Assembly (NCBI GenBank): GCA_000934665.2
Contig: JYFJ02000337.1
Location: 1 to 64,000 of the forward strand
From: Catajapyx aquilonaris
Lineage: Eukaryota
Direction of reading: 5' to 3'
DNA length: 64,000 nt
The position numbers and the translations under genes are program-made. Under the pieces are notes generated by a model. That model saw only the letters and a program-made list of their open reading frames with translations, had not been told where the DNA came from and did no database searches. Each line of letters starts with the position of its first letter. Position 1 is the first letter of the stretch. Shown here one piece after another: positions 1 through 15,549 of this stretch.

Positions 1-2031
1 CACCCTATTTATGTGCAATTAATTTATATTTCGTCATTTCCATATTCTCAACTGGGAAATATCAGGGTGAGCGAATTATTCTGGGTTTGGGCAAGTAAGT
101 TCAGCATTTTGTAGATTTGATTTTTGCAGCATGTTTATGCCAACCACTGCAGTGGCAACAAATAATTGGAAAATGGGCATGGCCACATACTTTAGAGATA
201 ATGCTACATCATGCCATCATCCTGCCCACCACTTGCATTTGCCCTGCATCCTCTTGTACAATTGAAGGCAAAGTTGCCCTAGTTGAAACTTGTCAGTTCA
301 CAGACTCATCTAAGATGCTGCTTTTTGAGTGTCTTCCACAACCGGGGAAGCAACCAATCGTTTTACAGTCGTGTGTGACATGTGGCTTAACTGGAATTTT
401 TAGAAGGTGGTAGTTGGGGGGAGCTGTTAGGTTTCCTAATATCAAAACATCTTGAGTTTTTGAAAATGTGACTGAATCACTGAATGTAAGCATCAGGCTT
501 GCCCATTTATACTGTTACTGTAGAGAGGGAAGTATAGAAATAGCCCAGAAGGAACAGTTGCTCTTTATTTGCTTGGTAGCTGATAAATCAGTTTATCCCT
601 CTGAGGTAATGATGCGTACATTGTGGGCTTCCCTTGTGCACATGGTATCCACTACTCAGATGCAGCCCATATTTTACTATGTAGCAAAAACCGGACCTAT
701 ATTGGGAAGTGTTCTCACTGAATGTTGCATTTAAAAATAAACTTCTAACAAGACATGTGGAGGCAAGGATTACCCCGTGTAGATCCAAAAGGACATACCT
801 TGTGGTTAGTAAATGGAAAGACATAACCGTCTGTGCCAACAAGATGCAGATTTTATTCATACTAACTAGATCAGGGTCAATTAGTCACTAACGTAAGCAG
901 ATCAAGGATAATGCCCTGAACTTCATTTACATATATTAACCCCTGTCATTGTAGCACTTATCTTAATCTAAGTGCTGAGCTACGTTTGCTGTGGTTCACC
1001 ACACATTGCGGCTTCTAGATACATTTGCTCAGGGTTTACACAAAGGAGGGAAAAAAACTGCAACTTTCCAAGAAACACGCACTTCCCCCCCCCNCCCCCC
1101 TGTTTATTTATGCCTTGTTGACCCCCTTTTCGAGAGGTCATGTTTACCCTTCTGGCCTCACCCCCGCAATTTTGGCACAGCCCGCTGACATTTAAAGGCC
1201 AACACATCCTCCAACAAAAGGGCAGTCAGCGCCTAGGCAAATTTGCATACGGAAGATCTTTTAGTGGGTGTGCAACTGGTCCGTGACCTTAGCCATAAAT
1301 TGAGACGACCTTCACTGCAATGTTTGGCGAATTGCAGACGTCCACTTTGGCCAATTGTCCCAACTCCCCTCAGCTCCCTCAACCACCCCTGTCCGGAAAT
1401 GCAGTGAGGATTTTTTGGCGAGTCTGATTGCGCAGTCTGCCTAGAGGAGTGCCAGGGTGTGGTTTTTGACACGTACAGTGAGTGGAATAAGACATAGTGA
1501 CAATGATGGACTGGGAGATGGAAAGAAGGATTAATCTAGAGAGATGGAAGAGGAAGAAGGTGGCAGGGCAGATGAAGGTTTTTAGTGAGTACTTGCCAAA
1601 TTGCGCCAATTAGTTCAACAAATAAGCAATGTGTTAACAACGAAGATGTTACTGTCATACTTCTGATGCAGTGTTCGTGAAGACAGCTTATAAGTTGAGA
1701 ATGTCCGCATGGCCATTTCGTACATAAGCGCTCTTAATATTTTGAGCAGATTTATGGCTGTGCTAACGGCAATGCGGCAATGATATTGCACGCGATGTCT
1801 TCGATCGTTCTATCTTTGCTAATCTTGGATTTTGGGTGCTGCTGATATGGCCGTTTTGTACCCGGCATATTTGAAGTTCTTGTACCGAAATGCAAAGTGT
1901 GGCCTCTGTAGTGTTTGGCCCTTTCTCAAATGTTCTGTTTTTAGGCAGAGTGATGCAACCGGGTTCATTTACCCTGAGGGAAACCCCTCTTCCTGACCGC
2001 GAATTCTGATCCGGTACATGTCTGTTTTTAG

Positions 2032-5000
2032 GCGTGTCTGCCAGTGCGGCTGGTGGCGAAGAGGAAGAGGACCTGCCTCCACCCCCGCCTCCAGAGCCCT
2101 CGGAGTACCCCCCGGGCAACTCTTTTGAACCTCCTCCGCCGGAAGAGCTGCCTCCGCCCCCGTCTCCAGTCAGCTCCAGCTATTCGGAACTGCGCAGGGC
2201 CACTAATCGCGGTTTGCCCTACGGAAACTCGGGGTATCCGCCGGAATATGGGCAGCAGTATGCCACATACGGACCCTCCTCGCAGGTACGTTTCTTTTCG
2301 ATGTTGCTCGAGAGAAAATTTTGTGGGGTTATTCTCTCGGAGAAATTGTTGCAGATTGTTTACTCTAGCAATCACTTTGAATTGAAGCGACGTTTGCTTC
2401 TGTAATTTTATACATATGGCCATGAAGTTCCCTAGCTTGATAAGGCTACTTATAAATCTGGTGTCGACCCATGGTTATGTTGCGATAGTAACATGACACG
2501 CTGGAGTGACGTAGGTTGATAAACACACACCCGGTCGTAATCCCAAGGCCCGTTATGCAATAGACATGTGAGTGTCCACAGTGTGACCTTACAGCATGAG
2601 GTCATTACGTAACAACAATTTTAATTGAATTTAATAATGTCAATATTTACATGGGGTCACACTTGTGGACATAATAAATTGGTTAGGAACAAAGCAACAT
2701 TGAAAAATGGCATGTGAGGGGGGCCACTTAAAATGTGCGAAACTTAATCGCGAAAATGCAAAACGGCGAAAGTATTTGGCAGCTGGCCCCCCGTAATATT
2801 GGTGCGATTTTAATGATATACACAAACCCTCGTCCTCGTGGCATTTAAAGGGGTAAAACCGGTTTGGGGCTTAGCTGTATGGCCTATCAAAAGGCGCCGC
2901 CTCCACCCGATTTGCAAGGAGATGCGAAATTTAACATCACGTGGACCCGGGTGGGTGGCAGGTGGGGGGGTTGCATTCCAAAGGTCCTCAAGGCCGCCGG
3001 GCTCTTCATATGGGCGGACCTACGAATTCCTACGCGTGCACGAATTTTTTTTGTGTGTGTGAATAAACCCCCCACCTCCTCCTCCACTACCCTGAGCTCT
3101 TCTTGAGTACATGGCATCAGAAAATGGTGAATTGGGGAGACAGCCAGTGGGCAACTGACCTTGCGCTCGATCCAAGAGGCTGCCAAATAAGGAGCCTGTT
3201 GCCTTGAGGCTTGTGGTCTTTTACTAACAGTGGCAGAAGGGAGAGTGAGTTGGGTGCGTACTCATTTTCACAGAGTTCCACGTACGAGTCCATCTACGAG
3301 CCCATCAACCCCAGGCCCCCGAGCGAGATGTCGTCCCGTTCCAACTACTCGTTGTACAACCCGTATGTGTCTCCAAAGGCAAAGGGCCTGGCACCAGCAC
3401 CTACCAACCAGCCACTGGCCAACCCGGACAAGTATGGGAAGGAGGCAGAGGTGGACGCTCTCACCAACTTGCTGGTGCAGTCCATGGAGAACTCCAGTGA
3501 TCCAGAGTTCTTTGGTAAGGAGGTTTTGGTTGATGTAGTTAGCATTGCACTGTTTTGGGTCACACGAGAGAAGATTTTTCTTAATTACATTATGGACTCC
3601 TCCAGCTAATTGTCTCGGACTTAAAATTTTTTGACGGATGGGTGGAATTTACTGTAATTGTTGTTGGGATGCAAACATAGTGTTTTAAGATTGTCCAAGT
3701 CATATTCTGTTAAATTCAGAGTTCCCTCCCTCTACATCCTGAGAATGGAATTGCCTTGGAGCAATGTAAGCTTGTCTGTAAGGTAATATGATGCCTCAAT
3801 GTGATATGAAAGTGTGGGATTGTGCTATAAAAAGATCCTGAGCACAAACACTGGTGTATGTCTCAAGGTCCATGCTGTGGACGCTTTAAAAGCAAGACTA
3901 CACATTTTGTGGGATCTGGAAAGTACCAGTACAATGAGTTAAAAATAGATTCTGGCAAATATCTGGAGGCAGAAGTCATTGAGGAAGTGTGTGTTTTTTT
4001 ATGTTATTGAGATGCACAAGGCTGATGCTCGTTTGCGGACAGGTATCTGCAGCAAATGCGGGGAGAAAGTGGTTGGTGAAGGAAATGACTGTACCGCCAT
4101 GGATCAGGTGTACCACATCCATTGCTTCACATGCCATGTATGCCAAATACAACTGCAAGGAAAGCCCTTCTATGCCATGGATGGAAAGCCATACTGCGAA
4201 GAGGACTACTTGGTACGACCTACTGTCCATAGCCTTACTGGCTAAAGTGATGCTAATTTCCTTTTTTTTTCTTGAATACAGAACAGCCTAGAGAAGTGCA
4301 GTGTGTGCACCAAGCCAATCCTGGATCGCATCCTGCGTGCCACTGGCAAGCCATACCACCCACAGTGTTTCACATGCATCGTGTGCGGGAAGAGCTTGGA
4401 TGGCATTCCTTTCACAGTGGATGCCACCAATCAGATCCACTGCATTGACGACTTCCACAAGTAAGTATGCGCAATTTGAATCCTGCAGAAAAACTGTATA
4501 CTAACAGGACGATTGATTTGCAGGAAATTTGCACCACGTTGCTGTGTCTGTAAGGACCCCATAATGCCTGAGCCTGGACAAGAGGAGACTGTGAGGGTGG
4601 TGGCACTGGACCGAAGCTTCCATGTCAATTGCTACAAGTGTGAGGTACAGCAAACAATGTGTCTTTTTTTTTCAACGTTAGAAAACACAATGGCGCACAA
4701 CCTGCATTGCTAGATTCAGTATACGCTTCAAGATTCTCTCACACATTTAGAAGGATTAGCACTACGACACTTCTTGGCTATTCTCGGAGTAAATGTCCAG
4801 GGAGTGCAGTATTTTAACTGCTTACGATTGAGCAGTGCTTTGAAAGATTCTTGGCAGCTGCTACCAGAAAATTTAGCAGGAGCATTTCCTAGTATTCTCA
4901 GAATTAACTTGGCTGTTGGTGTAGTGGAAAGAATGCAGAATGCAAATATACTCGCTTCTTAATTCTGTACTTTTCTTCTGCAGGATTGTGGCTTGATCTT

Positions 5001-5115
5001 GTCCTCTGAAGCAGAAGGTCGAGGGTGTTACCCATTGGATGACCATGTGTTGTGCAAGAGCTGCAATGCCAAGAGGGTTCAAGCCCTAACTTCCAGGATG
5101 ACAACCGAGCTCTAA
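2032..5115 (+). CDS. Zyxin/LPP/TRIP6-family LIM-domain protein (lipoma-preferred partner homologue), 5'-partial
   Basis: Six exons with GT-AG sites and consistent phase: 2032-2285, 3274-3514, 4043-4212, 4282-4460, 4524-4644, 4984-5115 (TAA). The product has Pro-rich ActA-like repeats ([22 protein letters not shown]), a Leu-rich segment ([13 protein letters not shown]), three C-terminal LIM domains ([46 protein letters not shown]) and the C-terminus TTEL. LIM3 ([32 protein letters not shown]) closely resembles vertebrate LPP. The start exon was not found and probably lies upstream. Confidence 0.93.
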
Positions 5116-7305
5116 AGCGAATGCAGGCGATTTCCAAGTGTTGTGATGGGTGGGTGGCTGCAAGTCATATAATTATTATACTGTGGGGGATAAGATTATT
5201 TGTTATGAAACCATTTGATAGGTCTCTTTACCTTGGCATACACGCTTTGAAGACCACATTTTGTAGTGTAACACTGCATTTTCCTGCTCCTTTCTGAACA
5301 TACCTCCCAATCACAGCCTACATCAGCTGCTTTTCATACAACCAGTCTCTTACAACAACAGTAACAAATCATTGTTGGAAACTTTACACCAGTTTGTAAG
5401 AACCATTTTGTACCACTTTTGGCTACATCTGTTTACATATGACTGGCTTCATGTTGTCTCTTTTTCCGGATGTGTCATATTTCTGGGTAGGTAAAGTCAT
5501 CATGGAAAAGTAATAGTGGAGCAGGCTTAGGTGTTTGCTTGTTCTGTGTCTATATAAAGAGCTTTTTTTCTTTTTTTTTACCTTTGGAGGGAACTTTGTT
5601 GCTTCTTGTGCAATTTCCAGGAACATGTATGTAAACTACAACAGCAATGTCCCAAATTCCACTGTTCTTGGAAGCTTAACTACAATGAACATTCCATAAT
5701 GGCACTGAATACCTGTCTCTGTGTAGATGTTAAAGTGTTGAATCCCAATTTGATAATTTCGTGTATCCAAAGTAGCACAACATGCATGAATCAGGTTGCA
5801 TCTGAAAGACTGTGATTAACGCGGATAATAACGGAGATGGTTGAGGAATGATTGACTGCTAGGCAAGCATCATGTAGGTCCCTTTTTTTGTCTGATCATT
5901 TACTGTGATAATGCTGGCCAATTCACTTTCGGTGTGTAAAGCACTTGTTATTGGGGATCATGGTTCTGAATTTAAAATGTACCGTAATATCACAGTGAAC
6001 TTCCCAACAATTAAATGAAGTGAGTATTGTTTAATGTAATGTAATGTAAAAGTGTATTGATATAAATTATTTTATAATGTAAATGTTGTTATTATTTCAC
6101 TGTTTACTGACATTGAGTGAATGAGACACCATCTGCCTCACATCTAAACGGTAGGTTAAAATCTCCACAGGTTGCAAGGCAAACTCTAATTTTTTTTCCT
6201 CTATTAACCCTATGCCAATGTATGATGAATTTATGCTATGCTATGAGGCCTTGCTCAGATCTTTCCTGATGAAGAACATTTACTAATTAGGCTAGTCCTT
6301 ATTAGTAGTTATTCTGGCAATTTTCCATACAGGGCAGGTTCCAAATTGCTGAGATAAAACACTCATAAATGTCAAGCCTTCGAATCAACCTGACCCACTT
6401 GCATCAATGCTGTGGCACCAAAATGTCAACACTGAAGTTCCCCTTAAATTATGACATTGTTTCAGTAGATAGCATGTTGTTTTCCTCTCGTAAATCTGGA
6501 TTTTTTAACCTTCTAATGTTCAATGTAACCTCGCACTCACTTGGGCATCTCTGTAGTGCCTAGTACTGTAGGCCATGTGGCCCATTAGGTCATCATCATC
6601 AGGGTCATATTAGGTCAAAGGGCATTATTGGAGGTGATAATAAATTGAAAATGGGGTCATCGGGGTCATGTTAAATCGAAGGGCAGCATTGAGGGTGAGA
6701 GAAAATGGGGAATAACATTGCATACGAGCAAAGGTAGGCATTAGCGCCTCTAATCAGCAAACAGCTAATAGCTGAACTAACTTAAAGCAGCTTGAGTATG
6801 ACCAACATCACTATTCAAATACACGTAATAGTAATAAAACGGCAGATTTGACCTTCATCGAGTTAACGACCCAATAAGTACGCACAGCGAAAAAAAAGTG
6901 AAAATTGGCAGATTAACACCCTGTAGTTTTGCACTAATTACACGTCGTACATATAAACACTGTTACGGAATACGGACTACAACTACGACGCACTTAAATT
7001 TTGCCAAAATCGGAAAATGCTGGTTATTATCACGTCAAGAGTCTTTTCCTAATTAATCACTGTTCACTAATTACCTGGCGATACGTTGATGGGGCCACGC
7101 TTTGATACTGTTTGACACCGATGTAACGAAGAGGTCCTGCACTGTCCACTCACAATCGCACCATCACGAAAAACTGACCTATCAACTGAGCATCTCACCT
7201 GTTGTATCTATTATAAAGGGTCGGTTCAACCTTCACCGGCTCATTTCAATAAGTCAAATAGGGTCACAGACTAACCACATTTTAATAAACAGTAAACACA
7301 CATAG

Positions 7306-7672
7306 GGGAGGTGTGGTGGCCGAGATGGTTACGTCTCGGCTTGCTGAGTGAAAGGCCCCAGGTTCGATCCCCGCCTGGGGAACTTCCTTTCACCTGCGTC
7401 GGGAGGGTCTCTGACCTGCACCAAGGAGGTGTCTGGCAACCTAACCTCCTGGGGGACTGCACATGGCCCAAAAGCCATGTACGACAATGCACATGCACAA
7501 GTGTCCCCTCCCCAACAAATCCCTTTCCCTGCCCTATATCCTGAACAAGTCCTTGCACGGAGATTGAAGAAATACGGAAAACTGATGGTGGTATGCCACC
7601 CCCCTATAGCTCCCGTAAGGGACATCATGGGGTAATAAAAATAAATAGAAAATAAAAAAATAAAAAATAAAC
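7306..7672 (+). mobile_element. tRNA-derived SINE with A-rich tail and target-site duplication
   Basis: Pol III A box (TGGCCGAGATGG, about 7317-7328) and B box (GGTTCGATCCC, 7361-7371) without a proper cloverleaf acceptor stem. Body of about 250 bp, a 3' stem-loop (TCCC-GTAA-GGGA) and a (TAAAAA)-type tail at 7633-7670. Flanked by the direct repeat ACACACATAG at 7296-7305 and 7673-7682. Confidence 0.8.
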
Positions 7673-8468
7673 ACACACATAGAATCACCCTCTGACACGA
7701 CTTTTAATTATTAGTCTTCCACTTTCTGCATTGTTGGCCCTATTGTCGCTCTTGACCTGCACCAGGTACAGTAGCCTACTCGTGACCTAGGGTCATCCGG
7801 GGGGAAGGACAGAGCAATCCCATCACTAATTCCCGCACGCATCAATGTAATAAGTTAATTGCAATTTGCACCTTGCATCACCGGTACTTGCGTGATACCC
7901 CGGGAAGCTTTACCTCAAAGTTATGCACGATTACAGCGGAATGTGGGTGCCACCATGAAAACTCGCTGTTTCAACCAGTCATGACTCATGAAGAATTACA
8001 ATTACAATGAGTTAGCCTAGTAACGCTCAAATTAAGTGCATGAAGCACATGAATAACCTGTAAACATCTCTAAAGAGAGAAAAATCCACGGAAAAATTCC
8101 CGCTCTTAGTCACGTGATTGACCGATGATGTCACGGCACGCCATTGGCTGGTAAATCGGCGGGATAGTGGTCGAGAATAAAAATTTATATTAATTTTATA
8201 CAAAATTTATGTCATAAAATGATAATAAATTACAAATACAAATAAAATCATTTATGGCGGGATTGTGGCCTAGGTAGGATCGAATCGAACGCGGTTTGAC
8301 CTCAGTTGACCCCAGCGTTCGGAGAGAGGGGAGAGAGTCGAACGCGTCTGGTCTCAATCCGCTGGAATCCGTCTTACGTGACCTGACCCTTGACCTGTCA
8401 AGGTAGGACTACTCCACAGTGGGTGCAAGGATCCGTCCCACTCACACTGAATATACTTTGCAGTGATA

Positions 8469-9362
8469 ATGGCTGATGGAATGAAGCCTGAACCACAGGG
8501 GCTCATGGAGATGGTTCCAGAGCAGCAGGGAAGAGAGGCCATAGGAGTTCGACCTATTAAGGAGCATCGGAGGTCGGTCAAAGTGGAGTGTCCCAGGGAG
8601 CAGTGGGAACAGGAGATGGCACTACCAGGGCAGCATCCCAGGCAGAGCAAGGGCACGGGCCAGAACTACCAGAACGCCAGGTAAGTCACTCGAGTCGCTG
8701 CAGGCATAAAAGGAATGGGTGGAAGGATTGAAAGTGTTCTATTGCACTCTCACCTTTATGCTCATGTAGTAGCATGTGGCTATGAAACCTGATTAGTCCT
8801 TCCTTCTGCTAATCAGAAGCTTGTGTGGTTCATTCTGTGTGCTTATACCGTGTAATTGCTCAGAAGGCACAAGAGGATCTATACAGGGATGCGTCTTCCA
8901 CATGGTGGAAAGAAGGAGCAGCGTACCCACCCTGGGGAATGGCAGCGACAGCAACGTCAGATGGCAATGAAGCAGCAAGGACGTCCTAACAAGCAGCCAA
9001 TGATGATGCGGGGTGGTGATCTTCCGTATGAACCAGCTCTGGGTGATGGCGAAGGCCAGTACTCATCACTTCAGGACGATGGCAGTGGCCAACACATGCC
9101 ACCTCAAGAAGGCCAGGAGTCTGCTTCCAGTCTTGCCCCAGACCCATTTGCTCACTTGCTCGAGATCTTTCCAGCCATGTGCAATGAGTGGAATGCCCTT
9201 GTAGATGAGAGTCACACCACAGTGCAGACTGCCATTCATGAGGTTAGCAATATTAATCTCCAGCTGGAAGAGCTTAGGGATCAGGCAAAGGCTAAGCACA
9301 ATCACAACAACCAACAGCTACAGGCCTTTTTGACCAATGCTGGTCCCCATGCCCAACAGTAA
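8469..9362 (+). CDS. Uncharacterised two-exon protein (about 236 aa) with a Gln/Gly/Arg-rich N-half and a predicted C-terminal helical/coiled-coil region
   Basis: Exon 1 8469-8680 (ATG in ATAATGG context; perfect donor AG|GTAAGT) and exon 2 8864-9362 (acceptor CTCAG) join in frame through a phase-2 intron. An upstream acceptor TTTGCAG at 8463 suggests a 5'UTR intron. No family recognised. Confidence 0.7.
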
Positions 9363-11143
9363 GGAAGATGGGACAAGCTTAGCCAGCCAGTGAGTTGTTC
9401 CAGTTACGTACTGGCTTCATATGTTGATGTTATGTTAAATCTCTTAGGGTTTTTTTTTCTTTCTTCTTTTTCTGGTGCACACTGAAGTGTCCCCACAGGT
9501 AGTTTTAGCACTAGTTTTACCCTTTCAGTTATTTATTATTTTTCCATTATATTATTTAAGTATCAGCCAATCAGCGCAGGCCACTCTGTCCTTCGTCCAA
9601 TCAAACATAAGGATGGTCCGTGCTTATTGGCAGCTCCTTGATAGTGAAACATCATATGAAAACACTAAAACTAGGGCTATAACTGCCCCTGTGGACACAG
9701 CTTAAGCCAGATGTGACTGGCTCAGAATCTCCAGATTTGTTTCATGTTGATTCAGTTAATAACTTTCTTTTAATGTCTCAGTTGGTGTTGCTCCCTAGAA
9801 TTTGAGTAATTCATTTTTGTGCATACATTGGGCACACTGCCATCAACAGCATTGATTTGAAAATGTATCCACAGTTGTTGTCAAGTAAAAGCATTTATTT
9901 ATGCTCACACTTGTCATTTTTCTTGGAGTATCCACTAATGTTCTCTCCCCATCTCTTTTCCAATTCCCACCGTGATCAACCTCGCCCCACGAATGTTCCG
10001 ACAAAACACTGAGACAATCACGTGGCCAATATAGAGAAGTAAACAATCCTGGTCCCAAAATCTGTGACACACAGAATTTGTGTATCATAATGTATTGCTG
10101 GACCAGGATATGACTGCATGACTAGGTCGTCCCTTCATCACAGGCCTTTGATCTGTGAGGTTGTGTGTTTAATTCCTGTGTTGAGCCAAGATTTTCTCAT
10201 GTGAAAAGAGGTTTGAACATTCCTCATGCGTTGATGTGGATTTTCTTGGGGTTCTCTAATGTCATCGGCATTCAAAAATCAGTTAAACTAGACTTCACTT
10301 TCATAATGCCTCATAATGCCTGACATTTTGACAGTGAATTTTGTACACACCTCACTACTCTGGTTGCATATTTGAAGCGATGTGTTAAGAGGGTTTTTAT
10401 ACCAGATATAGAGGGCCATACAAGGACGGATTGCCAGAAAAACCAGCCAATGAGAAAGTGGAACTGCAATCCATGAACCATGCTATTTGAAGTCTGCAAA
10501 ATCAATGCACTATTCCTCCAGAGTCCAGATCAATGGAAATTTAACAAGTCAAAATTTACTCCCATTTCATTTTGCCAGATACAAGATGGCTCAATTAAAC
10601 TGCATTTCACAGTGTAGTTGCCGCACCTTTTCCATCCACTCTACCGAATGGTGTTTTAGAAAGTTTATTGGTTTTTTTTTGTCTTACAATATTTACACAA
10701 GCATTACAATTCTGCAACAGAACCTACCAATAAATGAATGAACCCAACTCAACTTGCACTGTAATGTTATCATTCTTCAACTTGTAATACTACAAACCAA
10801 AATATTGCAAATTGCATGAAAATTACAATGTTTAAAAAATCCCTTTCAACTCACGGATTTAGATAAAAAAGACAAAAAAAAAGATATACATGCCAGTGTA
10901 CTGAAATTCACATTTTCGAATCTTGCTGTGTGTTAAAGTGCTTTTGGAGCATTAGGGAAGCCGTCACCTGATGAAAAAGAGTCGAAACTAATTGCCAATG
11001 GGCACCTATTGTTTGGATATACCTTTTCATGCTGCAAATCTTGTGGGCATAATTTTTTTCCTTGTATGGGGGAGGGGGGGACAGGATGGGCTGGGGGCAA
11101 TAAATCCACATTTGGAATGCCAGGGGAGACTCCAATCTAGCTC

Positions 11144-14620
<3,477 letters not shown>

Positions 14621-15549
14621 ATGCCTCTGGCCAGCATAGCCAATGCACCGCTAAAGGTCCTCTTCTTCGTGCATCTCGTCCTGTCCGCATGGTAAGCTCC
14701 TGTGACATCGCAGGACATGTCATGCCTGCAGATTTGTACTTCAAGTGCCTCTGTGTCTGTGCGTAGCTTTAAGCGGACTACAAGACATGTACCATGAAAC
14801 ATGCCGTTAAGCGCAAAAATCTCAATTGCAATCGGCAGAAATTGATTATAAGGCCTGCAGAGCCAAATGTTAATTTATTTTCAGGGGAGCTCAGGGGGCA
14901 TGGAGCCCCGATTCGTACATGCTGTACAACCTCATCTTCCTCGGCACCGTAATATGGACCATGCATCACAAGGAGTCGGAAGAGCCAGTCATAATGGTAA
15001 CTAATCCACAACAAATTGAATGACGTGCTCATTAAAGTTGTATGTATTTCAGGCCGCTTGTACTGATTGCATCTGCCTGATGCTTGATGTCATAACCATT
15101 GCAGTGTACTTCCCTGCAAGCCAATGTGAGATTTTAGTGTACTTATGCTACTTACACATTCACTGATTCATGTTCATCTCCAGTCCCATCAGAGCGATTC
15201 AGTGTGGCCATGGCAATAATTAATATGCTTGGAAGAGCGGTCAGCATCCTGGTGCTGTACAAGATGTTTCAAGAGCGGGATGGAAACCTTGCTGCTATGG
15301 GATTGGGTGGAAACTTTGGAGACATCCTCGGTGAGTGCGAGTTGGTTGAAGCAACAGCTCTCGGTGCTAACATCCATCTTCCTCTGTTTCATGTAAGGAT
15401 CGAGTGGCCGCAGCCCATATGAAGATATAGACCGACCTGTGGCGCCTCAGGGGTTGGCTCAAGACACTGGAAGTCCCACCCACTTCTTTGATGGGAGTGG
15501 TGCTTTACCTGAGAACAAGTCTCCTCCACCTTACCAAGGCTTGAGCTAA
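14621..15549 (+). CDS. AGTRAP: AGTRAP/ATRAP-like membrane protein, copy 1 (184 aa, most ancestral-looking)
   Basis: Exons 14621-14691, 14885-14996, 15053-15125, 15184-15330, 15398-15549. Translation MPLASIANAPLKVLFFVHLVLSAWGAQGAWSPDSYMLYNLIFLGTVIWTMHHKESEEPVIM..LDVITIAVYFP..RFSVAMAIINMLGR..YKMFQERDG..SPYEDID..PPPYQGLS follows the AGTRAP pattern (LKV..H..L..WG, SY...N, LD....I..++P, RF...MAI, ERGG, Y..ID). Confidence 0.88.

Noticed and set aside
2864..3106. Pro-containing ORF (APPPPDL) in the LPP intron as an extra exon
   Set aside because: No phase-compatible splice sites found. Exons 2285 and 3274 already join into a sensible sequence ([13 protein letters not shown]).
7306..7380. Possible third tRNA gene
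   Set aside because: A and B boxes are present, but the acceptor and anticodon stems do not pair properly, and it continues into a body, tail and TSD. Called as a SINE head.
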